From NCBI RefSeq assembly GCF_018977255.1, contig NW_024704743.1:101744001-101808000 (forward strand): a stretch of DNA of 64,000 bases, given 5' to 3'. The notes below the pieces were generated by a model. It had not been told where the DNA came from. It did not search any database and worked only from the letters and a program-made list of their open reading frames with translations. The position numbers were made by a program, and so were the translations under genes. The stretch is from Callorhinchus milii. Taxonomy: Eukaryota. Positions 37,571-49,519 of the stretch are shown one piece after another. Every line of letters begins with the position of its first letter. Position 1 is the first letter of the stretch.

Positions 37571-38109
37571 ATGAAATGTAAGGATTATTTATTATATCAT
37601 CTGAAAACGTTTGCAAGCACAATAAATATTCTTGATTCACTATCAACACACGCTTTCACACATTATCAAATGTCCTTGAGGCTCAAACTCCTTGACAAGG
37701 CAGAATTTTAAAACACCCAAGTTATTCCCCATTCAATAATGTGAACTATTTTTTTAAAAAAATCTCACTACATTGCAAAACTTTTCAAGGTTAAAATTCG
37801 CCCAACTGCAAATAAATGCTTAATTTGATCAACAGACATCTGCCTATATTATTACAAACAGATTTCAGTTTTTGCCATAGAATTTTACTTATAATATTCT
37901 ATCTATTGCTTTTTTCCTGATTTCCTCAACTAATTTCATTCAGCCTGTGAAAGTGGGTTCAGCCCCAGTGGAATTGTCCTGTCATTGGCACCTGAGGTGG
38001 TTTCACAGTACAATTAGTTAATCTGCTATTATTCTTGAGAATCCTCTGAGTCTCATTGAATGATATCACTTCAGCATTTTTTTTGGCATTGCTTCCCTGT
38101 TGACACTAA

Positions 38110-38585
38110 AACTTTACCTCAATCAAATCACCCCTCAACCTTCTAAACTCAAGGGAATACAATCCAAGTTTACGCAGCCTTTCCTCGTAACGTAACCCTG
38201 GTAACATTCTGGTAAACTTGCGCTTCACCCACCCACCCCCACTCAGGCCAATATATCTGTCCTGAGGTTTGGTGCCCAAAACTAATAGCAGTACTCCAGA
38301 TGGGGTCTGACTAACCCTCTATACATCTGAAGCATCATTTCTTCCCTTTTGTATTCCAGGCCCCTTGAGATAAAGGCCCACATTCCATTCGCCTTTTTGA
38401 TTACTTTTTGCATCCATGTGTGGATATGGACACCCAAATCTCTTTGCTTCTCCACAGTTCTTAACTCCTCCCATTAAGAAAATATTCTGCTTCATCTTTT
38501 TTCGGTCCATAGTGGATGATATCATACTACCCTACATTGAACTCCGTCTGCCACAGCTTTGCCCACTCACTTAATCCGTTTAAGT
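38110..38585 (-). mobile_element. CR1 LINE fragment
   Basis: CCCCTCAACCTTCTAAACTCAAGGGAATAC, CAGTACTCCAGATGGGGTCTGAC (VRPHLEYC). Confidence 0.8.
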
Positions 38586-39506
38586 CCCAGACTTAATGAA
38601 GAGTTTAAAAAATTTTTTGACATGTTATCAACCAGTTCTCCAGGTCAGGTACAGCATAAACTATTAGTTTGTCACAAAAGTGTGCCATGATAGCCAATTT
38701 CAGAACAAGATACAAAGGGAATAAATAGAGTAGAAGGGAACCTCTTGGCAAGGGACAATTGGGAGATTATGGAAGGATGTCTCTTTCTGTACATTAATAC
38801 ATTGAATAATATAGGCCATTTGGTCCATCTAGTCTGTGTTTATATTCCACATGAATCCCCACCTCTCCAAATCCCCTTTCCTCTACACCTCTATTCCCTT
38901 CTCCCTCAAGCATGCACCAAGTTTCCTCTTAAATGCATTGAGTTCCACATTCTCACCACTCTTGGTTGAAGAAGTTTTTCCTAAACTCCCATTTGGATCA
39001 TTTACTGCCTAATGTATATTATGTCTCTTCATTTTGGATTCACAAACACGTGGAATCTGTATTGGTCAATCTTGCTAATGTGTTTGCTTCCAAAAGGCAG
39101 TCAGTAGACTTGACGGGAAATACTTGTGAAGCACTTTGAGCAGTTTCAACGTGATGAGGTGCTGAAACAATGTGGTTTCTTTGCTTCTTTGTTTCTTGAT
39201 TAGCCACAGGAGCATAAGTCTCTTAAAAAGCAGTGCTTCCAAACTAAGACAAAATTTAAAACTATTTCAATATTATTATGTTATTATTATAAAGGTCTAA
39301 GGCTGGCCTCATTTAATTTCTGGACACGTCTTATTGGTTAGCAGATAATGCGGTAATGAGTTATTTTTAATCTATTTCTTAGTTGTATGTGTTTTACCTA
39401 TTCCCATACACAGTGACTCTCCATTAGACAACTTATCATGTTTAAGTGTTCTAATAACTTCATGGAACATAACACCAAATTGGCAACTATAATAGTTTGG
39501 TTCATT

Positions 39507-40575
39507 TCATAGAATCATACAGCACAGAAAGAGGCCATTCGGCCCATCGAGTCTGCGCCAGCTTCTAAAAGAGCAAACCAACTCAATCCCACTGGCCCGC
39601 TTTCTCTCCATAGCCCTGCAATCCTGTCCGCCCCAAATACCCATCTACTTCTCTCTTAAAAGTTGTTATTGAATTGGCTTTCACTACCCTTTCAGGTAAT
39701 GCATTCCAGATCCGAACAACTCGCTGGGTGAAAATTTTTTACTAACCTCCCCTCTGTTTCTTTTAACAACTATCTTAATTTGGTGTCCTCGGGTTACTGA
39801 CCCACATGCAAATGGAAACAGTTTTTCCCAGTTCAACCTATCAAATCCTCTCATGATCTTGAAAATCTCTATTAAATCCCCTTTTAATCTTCTCTGCTCT
39901 AGGGAGAATAATCCTAGTTTCGCTAACCTTTCCTCATAACTAAGATCCTTCATTCTTGGTACAATCCTGGTAAACCTCCTTTGCACCCTCTCCAATGCTC
40001 TAACAACTTTCTTAAAGTGCAGTACCCAGAACTGAATGCAGTACTCCAACTGAGGCCTAACCAGCATTTTATAAATATTCAACATAACCTCCTGACTTTT
40101 GAATTCTATGCCCCTATTTATAAATCCTAGTATCCTGTATGCTTTTTTAACAGCTTTACCTACCTGTCCTGCCACCTTCAGAGATTTGCTTATGTGGACC
40201 CCCAGGTCCCTCTGTTCATTTGCCCCCTTTAAGATTGTACCATAATCTTATACTGCCTCTCCTCATTCTTCCTACCAAAATGCAACACTTTGCATTTCTC
40301 CACATTAAATCTCATCTGCCACATTTCTGCCCATTTAACCAATCTGTCTAAGTCCTCTTGGAGTCTGGTGCTATCTTCACCATTAATTATTTTTCCTAGC
40401 TTAGTATTGTATGTAAATTTGGAAATTGTGCTCCCTATATCCAAGTCCAGATCATTAATATAGATCAGAAAGAGCAGTGGTCCTGAGGGACACCACTACA
40501 CACCTCCCTCCAGTCAGAAAAGCAACCGTTTACTACCACTCTCTGCTTTCTGTCTCCTAGCCAGTTCTGAATCCA
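39507..40575 (-). mobile_element. CR1-clade LINE 3' portion in the KCNV1 coding intron
   Basis: LQEDLDRLVKWAEMWQMRFNVEKCKVLHFG, LVRPQLEYCIQFW, LERVQRRFTR, YEERLAKLGLFSLEQRRL; ATTCTATG-type tail. Confidence 0.93.
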
Positions 40576-40873
40576 TATATGAACTCATTGAAAATATCAC
40601 CTTTCAGTTTGCTGTGAATTTTTTATGAACAGTCCTACATTTTTAATCTGAATGGAGCATTGCTATAGTTCTTGAATTAAATGAAGTTAATGATACCCTT
40701 TATCATTAAGTAATGATTGTATTGAGTAATTTTGGGCAGAGAAATTAATCAAACAATGTACCTGCGATTCCAAATGAAAGTATTTCAAATGAAAACAACA
40801 TTTTCTTCTAACACTTGATTATGTGCCAGTGTTTGTCACTGTGAAAGGTTCTGTGCGGTGTATTAAACATTAC

Positions 40874-41816
40874 CTGTTGAATGTCTGCCAAGCTTCAACA
40901 TACGCAGAGATCTCGTCAACCTCAAGATCTGGACCACTCTCCCCACATTTTCCAGTTCAGTAAAACTTCCGTAAAGTTGTTCTACCAGCAGTGTGATATA
41001 AAATGGGATTATAGCTATGATGTCTATGATGTTCACCAGGCATTTCATGAATTTGCATTTGTTTTTCACACACAAGAATCTCAGGATGAATTCTGCAGTG
41101 AACCAGGTGATGCAGAGATACTCAAGAGCATTCAATAAGGGTGGTTCGAGTGCTGTGTCATCCAAGGAAAAGAGAGCCATGTTTGCAATGGAAATGATAA
41201 CAAAGATGACAGAAAGAACTCCAAAGGTTTTAGCAAGCATTGAAGAATCAGGTTTCTCCATCATATCCCACAGTTTCTGCCTCAGTTTCTCATACTTCAC
41301 TCCAGAGAAATCCTCTTCCTCATTCTCAGTAGTTTCTGTGTCTCTCTTTATGTCTAAGGCTTCATTCATTTCTTTCCGTTTATAGTATTTGTCCCTGCAA
41401 CATGCATCAATACTCAGCTCGTCGATTCCCCAGTATTCAATTTCTTGCAAAAAAGACATAGCACAAAGTTCTTCATTGACATGCAATCTTCCAGTTTTAT
41501 AGTAATTTATAATGTACTTGAACGTCTGAGAGCTCCGGTCAAAGAAATACTCGTTGTCCACAAAGTTGGCATCGTCACATAGCTCCAACATGGAATCCTG
41601 TTCAGATACAGCCAACTTGCCGAGGCGTGTCTCAGGGTAGGTTGACAGAGTTTCTTGTGACAACACAAACCTGCTGCCACCAACATTTATAACAAAGACG
41701 TCTATTGGATTTTTATTTGGATGCTCCTCACTGCAGAAGACACTAGATTCTAGTGAGAAGTTAGAAGTGTTGTCTTCATTCTGCCCAGCTGGCCAAGAAT
41801 AACTGGGAGACTTCAT
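40874..41816 (-). CDS. KCNV1: Kv8.1 silent/modifier voltage-gated K+ channel subunit, coding exon 1 (N-terminus, T1 domain, S1-S4)
   Basis: Translation contains SSVFCSE, INVGGSRFVLSQ, LELCDDANFVDNEYFFDRSSQ, the non-Shaker Zn motif H-x5-C-x20-CC (HVNEELC...DACC) and S4 VVQILRLTRSLRMLKLGRHSTG, all matching Kv8.1 as I recall it. ATG in ACCATG context at 41816; phase-1 donor ACAG|GTAATG after 40874 (943 nt). Confidence 0.96.
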
Positions 41817-41850
41817 GGTACATGATCATTGATGGTCACCTAAACAAATG
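41817..41850 (-). other. KCNV1: 3' splice acceptor and 23-nt 5'UTR part of the ATG-containing KCNV1 exon
   Basis: Minus strand reads CATTTGTTTAG|GTGACCATCAATGATCATGTACC-ATG; AG at 41841-41840, exon starts 41839. Confidence 0.7.
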
Positions 41851-42019
41851 ATACACATGAACAATATCAGTTAACAGTTAATAAAATGTGCACAAAACTA
41901 GTTGCCTCACAAGTGGGACAATTTAAATGACTTTATTCACTTTCAGTGGCCTAAATATGACATGCATCAAAGTCTAAAAATAAATCATTGACATTGAAGT
42001 TAAAGAAGGCCTGAATACG

Positions 42020-42415
42020 TCAACACATTTTGTCAACACTTGCCAAGTATCCCTTAATACCCTGACCTAACAAATAGCTATACACCTCAGTCTTGAAGAT
42101 GTGAATGGATTCAGCATCCACAGCCTTTTGGAGGAGAGAGAGTTCCAGATTTCCACTACTGTTTGGGTGGAAAAACTGCCTCCTGATTTCATTCCTAAAT
42201 GACCTAGCTCTAATTTTAAGATTACGCTCCCTTGTTCTGGATTCTTCCACCAGAGGAAATACTTTATCTGTATCTACCCTATCAAATCCTTTTATTATTT
42301 TAAAAACCTCAATCAGACCACCCTATAACCTTCTAAACTCAAGGGAATAGAGACCAAGTTTATGCAACCTGGCTTTATAATTTAACCCTTTCAGCCCTGG
42401 TATTATTCTGGTGAA
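42020..42415 (-). mobile_element. CR1 LINE 3' fragment
   Basis: EESRTRERNLKIRARSFRNEIRRQFF; AACCTTCTAAACTCAAGGGAATAG. Confidence 0.82.
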
Positions 42416-43615
42416 TGTTGGAGGGAGCACCTGTTCAGGCAGCTATTAAAGATCCAATGACTCATTTCTGGACAACAATGCTCCAGATAAAATTGATTAT
42501 TTACTTCATGGCCATTTGTGCGAAATGCTGTGCGCAAATTGGATGCCACGTTCTCCTATAAACGCGTAGTCACTAAAATCCTGAAGTAATTTGAAATGTC
42601 TCAATAATTTAATAAAGTGCTATATCAAATACAAGGATTATTATTAATCCCTATTGAAAGTTTGTTTCAACACCTGCTGAAGAACCCAAAGGCAATGCAG
42701 ATTAGGAGAAAAACTAATACGCATGTTTGTACTTGACTGAAGTGAAAATATCATTTTATTATAAGTTGAATCAACATTTACACAGTGAATGGCTTTCAGA
42801 TTGTTGCAGACAATTTGCTCATTACGAATCCAAAGTTTATAATATAATCATCTCCTCTGTATGTATCCACAAAAACGACTTTACTTCCTGTCAGTGTGAC
42901 TGGTCCTTACGATTTGAAATTCTTTAAAATGTTCATTTAACAGGTAAGTACGTTTATCCTTGTTTCTAAGGGCAAGCAATTTTAATGCCAACTTAAATGT
43001 GAAACAATGGACTTGGATTAAAGGTGCATCCATACATTATTCATGTGACGTTATTGTGTGGTAATTTGCGTGTAACATTACCTCAGGTGGTTTTCACTTG
43101 TGGACTAAAGACATCATTTGAAACAATAATTAGATGACAGATCCGATCAACCAAAGTAATAGGCCGACTTGCACGTTAGAAAGGCCAAATGTCACCTGTA
43201 TAAAAGAGACAATGGTGGATCAGGATTTAATAATGTTCATTTTGTTGGTCCAAATCTCACCTGGGAACCTATCCCTTCAACTGAGCCTTTGGTCACTTCA
43301 CTTTCCCCTCCACCTCTGCTCCATGCCCAACCCTGGCATTGTTATCCTACATGAAGGGCACTTTAATAAATGCAAGTTGTTGTTGTTATCCATGTGAAAA
43401 ATTGCTAAACCAGGCACATTATAAAGACCAAGGCTAATGCAATTGGTTTAAGTTACAGATCAGGTTACAAACTCATGCTTTTAATTATCCAATTAACAAG
43501 CAAGGCAAAGGGTTACAGTATCTTTCAAATTATGGCACTTTCATATTCTTACCTAGTTACCTATGGCATCAATAGAGCAAAACAAGAATATACAGGTTTA
43601 AGGTTGCAAAGGTAA

Positions 43616-43915
43616 TTTTGTGCTTTGAACTCAAATCGTCTAGGTTGATATTTAGTCCAGTGCTGGTGGAGTGCTGCCATATTGGAGGTGCTGTCTCTTG
43701 GATGATATGTTAAACTGAGATCCCAGTTCAGGTGACATTAAAAATCCTACGGCATTGCTTGAAAAACTTTCTCCCAGTGTTCTAGCCAAACAAGACGTCC
43801 AGGTAAAATTTGTCATTTATTTCATAGCTTTTTGTGGGTCATTGTTGTGTGCAAAATAAACAGTCACTATACTTTACAGTAAATCCTATGAAGTGCTTTG
43901 AAATGTATTGACATG
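43616..43915 (+). mobile_element. Deu-SINE family A, 5'-truncated; twin of 46337-46408 + 47622-47829
   Basis: Shares private features with the twin copy (TATTTAGTCCAG, AAACAAGAC..CCAGGTAAAATTTGTC, AAAATAAACAG). Confidence 0.78.
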
Positions 43916-44234
43916 GAACATTTCACTAACCTTGTTTGCTGTGTTGAACAACCATAAACCCTCGGCATGCAGTGCCAGGCAATGCTAGCAACAATGCCTT
44001 GATACTGATGCTTCATATGACAGTTTAGAGAGAAATGTGTTTGCTTTCTGGTTGAATCGTAACACTAATACTGCATAATGTTGGACTATAATTCCTTTCC
44101 TCTTGACATATCAAGTATTGCTGATGTACGCCCAGAGCCATATGTTCAAAACAACATGGATGTAGTACTGCAAATCCTAGATTTTCATCCCAATTTTTTT
44201 CTGCACTATAAAAATTTGCAATGGTTTTGTGATC

Positions 44235-44670
44235 TAATAATAATAATCCTAGCATTTGATGGTGTTTTTACGTTGGGAAGCACGTCTCAATGTGCGTCCC
44301 ATGACTTACTGTAAATTGTGTTGACTGTATTTGTAGGGAATTCCCCAGCTAATTTGCACGCAGCAGTGTCCTACAAATAGCCATGAAGTGAATGACTAAT
44401 TGTACCTGAGGGATTATTGGCCATTAGAAACTCCCTTGTCCATTCGAAAAGTGCCATGGGATCTTTACTGTTCACCTGAAGGGGCAGATGGGACCTTGGT
44501 TTACTGTTTCATCTGAAGGGCAGGACCGCTAACGAATGGAGTACTCAGTGTTTCAGCCTTGAACTATGTGAGAAGAATTCCTTGAGTGTCAGCCTAGAAC
44601 TATGTGAGTTCAAATTTCTGACATGGGGCTTGAACCCACAAACTTCTGAGTGAGAGGTGAGATTACAGTA
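44235..44670 (-). mobile_element. Deu-SINE family A, near full length, with a ~25-bp internal duplication
   Basis: GTGCCATGGGATCTTTAC...GGGACCTTGGTTTAC; AACTATGTGAG occurs twice. Confidence 0.8.
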
Positions 44671-44690
44671 ATTTTTGTTAAGTTTTGAGA

Positions 44691-45061
44691 TAATAATAAT
44701 AATCCTCGCATTTGATATAGCGCCTTATCACATATTCGAGGCGTCTCGAAGTGCTTCACAGAATATACTTCAAAGTGAATTGACTGTATATTTTGTGGGC
44801 AAAATGCAGTAGCCAATTGCACACAGCAGTGTCCCATGAACAGTGTTGGATTTTTTAAAACATGTATTTATTTTTGAAGGGATTATTACTCCCGGTCAAG
44901 CGATCTGCCAGTCGACTAACAACCGGTCCCTACTTACTGCAAGATGAACAGAGGCATGTGGAGAAAGGAAACTTGCTTAATGTTTCGCCCTGCCCGGGAA
45001 TCAAACCTATGTCCTCTTGCTTGTGAGGTGAGTGCTCTCACCGCTGAGCTACAGGATCCAC
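44691..45061 (-). mobile_element. SINE family B
   Basis: Reverse complement of family B including CCTACTTACTGC. Confidence 0.85.
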
Positions 45062-46017
45062 GGATATCCTCCTGACATGGAAGTGATTTATCAAATGCAA
45101 GGATTTTTAAAAAATTGTCTGTATGAAAATATCAAAGGAACTACTGAGTGTAACAGACTTGCCATCACTGAGTAGCAAACTGCAATCAAACCTGTTCAAG
45201 TAACCACCTCCATTCAGCAAACACCCTCTGTTAACAACAGCCCTGGAATAGCTCAGTTTGCATATCAATGAACCCTTACTCAGTGCCCACCCTTATACAA
45301 AGGTCACTTTTGCTCAGCCCCCTGAGAGGTTGTTGGAGATGGGTTTGTCTGTATTCCTGTGTGATTGTGAATACTATATAGTACCTCTGAGGTATGTTAC
45401 TGGAATTTTCATCAGGCCTTTCTGACTCATTATCTGCTTCTGATATTACATTGGGAATTAAGCAGAAACCTATTTCAATTCACCTTGTCAGCTAGAGTGC
45501 ATAATTGGTAATTCTTTGGTCCCTCGTTTGTGTGTCAGATTTCCTATTTCTCTTTGTTATGTGAATTCTGGTTATATTAAATATACATTCCCGATTCTGC
45601 TGTCCCATGGCCTAATTTTTAAAAATATTTTTGAAACTCAGGATTTACAGCTTCAGGGTAACATAACTGTAACTTTGCTGTTTGATTAAATGGAACCTCT
45701 TTTAACATTCCTTCATTTTTTCTTACAACTTTCCAGTTCTGTGCTTTCTCAGGAGACGTACTTTGAAGGCGAATGGGGGTCAAATTACAGTAGCAATGTT
45801 TCCGTTCCATTTTGCTCTTTCAAACAGCTAGCACAGACATGATGGGCCAGAAAGGACTTCTGTGCCATCAATTGCTATGATTCTATTTCCTGCGTAGTTC
45901 CCTGCAAATACAAAGCCAACTCATTTTACAGTAAATCATGGAAAGTGCTTTGAGACGTGCTTTCTCAAGTAAAAACACTATCAAATGCGAGGATTATTAT
46001 CATTGGATTACAAAAGC

Positions 46018-46278
46018 ATTCCAGGCAGGGCAAAACCTTGGGCAAGTTTCCTTACTCCACACGCCTAATAATAATCCCTCCAAAACCAAAAACAATAATA
46101 AATTGGTCATTTTCAATCTACGACTGTTTGTGGGACATTGCTGAGCGCAAGTGGCTGCCGTGTTCGCCCACTAATATACAGTCAATTCACTTTACAGTGT
46201 GTCCTGTGAAGCGCTTTGGGACATTCTCCCGACGTGAAAAGCGCTATATCAAATGCAAGGATTATTATTATTATTATT
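46018..46278 (+). mobile_element. SINE family C, 5'-truncated inside the B box
   Basis: Begins ATTCCAGGCAGGG, ends (TTA)n. Confidence 0.9.
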
Positions 46279-46408
46279 GCAAATGTTTACAGTGCAGGAA
46301 TAAATTGGGCTGAAAATTTTTGCAGTGTTTTGTGATTTTTTTGTGCTTCGAACTCAAATAGTCTAGGCTGATATTTAGTCCAGTTCTAGAGGAGTGCTGT
46401 CATGTTGG

Positions 46409-47615
46409 CATACAGCACAGAAACAGCCCTGGTCAAAGTGATAAATGACATTCTGTCTAACTGCGACCAGGGCTCCCTCTGCCTCCTCATCCTCCTTGAC
46501 CTCTCTGCTGCTTTCGACACCGTCGACCACTCTATCCTCACCCACTGCCTCTCCTTTCACCTCAATCTCCACAACGCTGTCATTAATTGGTTCAGATCGT
46601 ACGTCTCACACCGCCTGCACTTCATCTCGTCAAACAGCTTCTCCTCCAGCCCCCGCACCGTCTCATGCGGTGATCCCCGGGCTCTATCCTTGGTCCCGTC
46701 CTCTTCAACATCTGTATGCTTCCTCGTAGTGACATCATCCACAGACATGGGGTCAACTTCCACATGTATGTGAATGACACCCAACTCTACCTCTCTGCCT
46801 CCACCCTTGACTCCAGGACCACTGCTGTCCTGACAATGTCTCACCTCAGACGCTGACAGCATCAACATCCATGTTTACACACTCCACCTTACTAAGCCAG
46901 TCTGGAACCTTGGGGTTTTGTTTGACCCTCAACTATCCTTTCTAGCCTACATCTGCGTCATGACCCGCTCTGCCTTCCTCCAACTCCACAACGTCACCCA
47001 GCTCCGCCACTGTCTCACACCACAGGCCGCCAAAACCCTCACACACGCATCCATTACATCGAGGCTCGACTATGCAAACTCACTGTTTGTCGGCCTCCCC
47101 AACTCCTCCCTCCACAGGATGTAGATTATCCAGAACTCTGCAGCCCATGTCCTCTCCTGCACTAGGCTCCACGACCCTATCACCCCCATCCTAGCTCAAC
47201 TCCGCTGGCTTCCCATCACACAGAGGATACAATTCAAGATCCTGGTCCTCACCTTCAAAGCCCTCCACGGTCTTGCTCCCCCTACATCTCCAACCTCCTA
47301 ATCCCCTACCACCCTGTTCGCTCCCTCAGCTAGGCAGGCTCCGGCCTGCTTCACGTCCTCTGCCTTGCTTGCCCCACTCTGCACCCACTCTCTGGAACTC
47401 CATCCTGCAGTCCCTCCATCTCGCCCCCTCCCTTGCCACCTTCAAGACCCACCTCAAGACCCTCCTCTTTGACCGTGCTTTCAATCTCCCTGCTTCCATC
47501 CTCCCCCACCCCGATCCCCAGCTCGAGTCCGTAATTTTGTCTGTCCAGGACCTTGGGACGTACTCCAGACGTGAAAGGCGCTTTACAAATGTAATTTTGT
47601 TGTTGTAGTTGTTGT
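46409..47615 (+). mobile_element. L2 LINE, 5'-truncated and decayed, with TGTTGG target-site duplication
   Basis: YSTETALVKVINDIL...LILLDLSAAFDTVDHSIL; TGTTGG at 46403-46408 and 47616-47621; ~100-bp internal deletion relative to the 4085 copy. Confidence 0.92.
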
Positions 47616-48065
47616 TGTTGGAGATGCTGTCTCTTGGGTGATAAGTTGAACTGAGGTCCCATCTGCCTGTTCAGGTGGTCATTAAAAATCCTACAGCATT
47701 GCTTGGAAACGTTTCCCCAAGTGTTCTAGTCAAACAAGACCCCCAGGTAAAATTTGTCATTCATTGATAGCTTTTTTGTGGGACATTGTTGTTTCCAAAA
47801 TAAACAGTTTCTATACTTTACAGTAAATCAATTTATTGGCTCATTGCCAGGCATGTCAGTAGTTCAGCTCCAAAGAGATCCCGCTTGCTCTATGTCTTGA
47901 AAAAGATATCAACGTCCTGCAAAAAGTAACTATTTTAGGAAGCTCTATTACTATATATTAAGAAAAGTAACATCCATTTATATGTAAAGTGTTATTGTTC
48001 TAGCTGACCCATCACTGAAAACCATTAAGAAATTATCTCTGCAGAGTGATTTAAACTGTAATAAC

Positions 48066-48440
48066 ATAATAATAATAATAATAATAATAAATAATCAGAA
48101 TCCTAGCACCTGATACAATGCCTTTCACTTTGGGAGGACGTCTCAAAGTGTCTCGTAGGATTTACTGTAAAGTGCAGTGACAATGTATTTTGTAGGTTAA
48201 CGTGTCAGCAAATTTGACACAGTGATATCCCACTAATAGCTATAAAGTGAATGANTTTTTTTATTAGGGAGATTGTCAGGCAGGACACCAAGAGAATTTT
48301 CCTTCTCTTTTCAATTAATGTCATAGGGACCTTTAACATTCACCTGAACAGGCAGGCGGGACTTTGGTTCAGCGTCTGATTGGAAGAATATACTTCTGAC
48401 AATGCAGCACTCCCCCAGCATTGCATTAGAGTGTCAGCCC
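48066..48440 (-). mobile_element. Deu-SINE family A, 3' part
   Basis: (TAA)n, GGGAGGACGTCTCAAAG tail, CACCTGAACAGGCAGGCGGGAC Deu block. Confidence 0.75.
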
Positions 48441-48807
48441 TGAGTCTAATGTACAGTATGTAGATTTGACATTAATTTATTATACATCGTAAGAAACAAT
48501 ATGAAAAACATACCATGTATGGACGGTCTTTACACTTGGAAGAGTTTACTGGCAAGGAAATATTATTATAAAGCCTATCTGAAAGTGTCAAGGATACTTA
48601 GCATGTTAATGTTACACTGAACAGCAATAGAGGCAGAGTATATATTGCTACTTAGATTCATCCCATGTTACCTGCTTAAACAATCAGAAGTGAACAGTGG
48701 AAGTTGCACAATGAAGTGGATAAATACCAGAATCTAACAACAAGAAATTGCATTCATATAGTCCCTTTTATGTCGGGAGGATATCTCAAGGCACTGAAAG
48801 ATTACAT

Positions 48808-49159
48808 GGCTATTGGTCATCCAGAACCCTTCGCTTATCTAAACTATTAAATTGATACCGATTGCAAGATAAAGTGGGAATTGGTCTTCAACCTTCTAAG
48901 AGGAACCAATCCAATATCAATTGTTTTGGAATAAGTGGGCAAAAGATGTCACAACTTTTTATATCTTGATATATAAACAAATGTCCAAGATGGAAACGTG
49001 CTTAACAAGTTTTGGATCATGAAAGGATACCGGCATGCAGGGCAGTTCAGCAACTCCAAAAAGTCTTTTTTCAGCTACCATATTATTTTCAAAAAATCAT
49101 CACTTCTTTAAGAGTTATTAGACATTATAATGGTATCACGACATTTTGGTCACCCTGTA
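48808..49159 (+). mobile_element. Decayed Tc1/mariner remnant: transposase C-terminus and right TIR + TA
   Basis: Frame from 48808: GYWSSRTLRLSKLLN*YRLQDKV...QKMSQLFIS*YI...KRA*QVLDHE; ends CACGACATTTTGGTCACCCTG|TA. Confidence 0.55.
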
Positions 49160-49519
49160 AATGAAGCCAGATCCAGGCTTCGGAATAAGTTGACTGAATT
49201 TCAATATACAATCAAACTGAAAGGTGAGTCACATGCTTACAAATCAGGCTTGTTATTTTTAGAGTGAATAATAATAATATTACTTGTATTTGATATAATG
49301 CCTTATCATGTCATCAAAACATCTCAAAGCGCTTCAGTAGATTTACTGTAAAGTGTAGTTACTGTAGTTATAGGGGATTGCAGCAGCCAATTTACACACA
49401 GCAATGTTCCTCAAACAACAATGTATGAGTAACCAGGTTTATCTGGGGATTTATTTGCTTTAAGTGAGCAAAGAGTTGGGATGCATCAAAAGATCAATGG
49501 CAAGCTGAAATATTGGGGT

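Noticed and set aside
39140..39166. Possible REST/RE1 site (GGTGCTGAA)
   Set aside because: Only one half-site; the GGACAG half is absent.
40863..40873. C-terminal NV* of the 317-aa ORF
   Set aside because: Intron sequence after the GT donor; the CDS continues in the next exon.
1986..48255. Single N bases at 1986, 16536 and 48255
   Set aside because: Each precedes a T homopolymer; assembly ambiguity, not biology.
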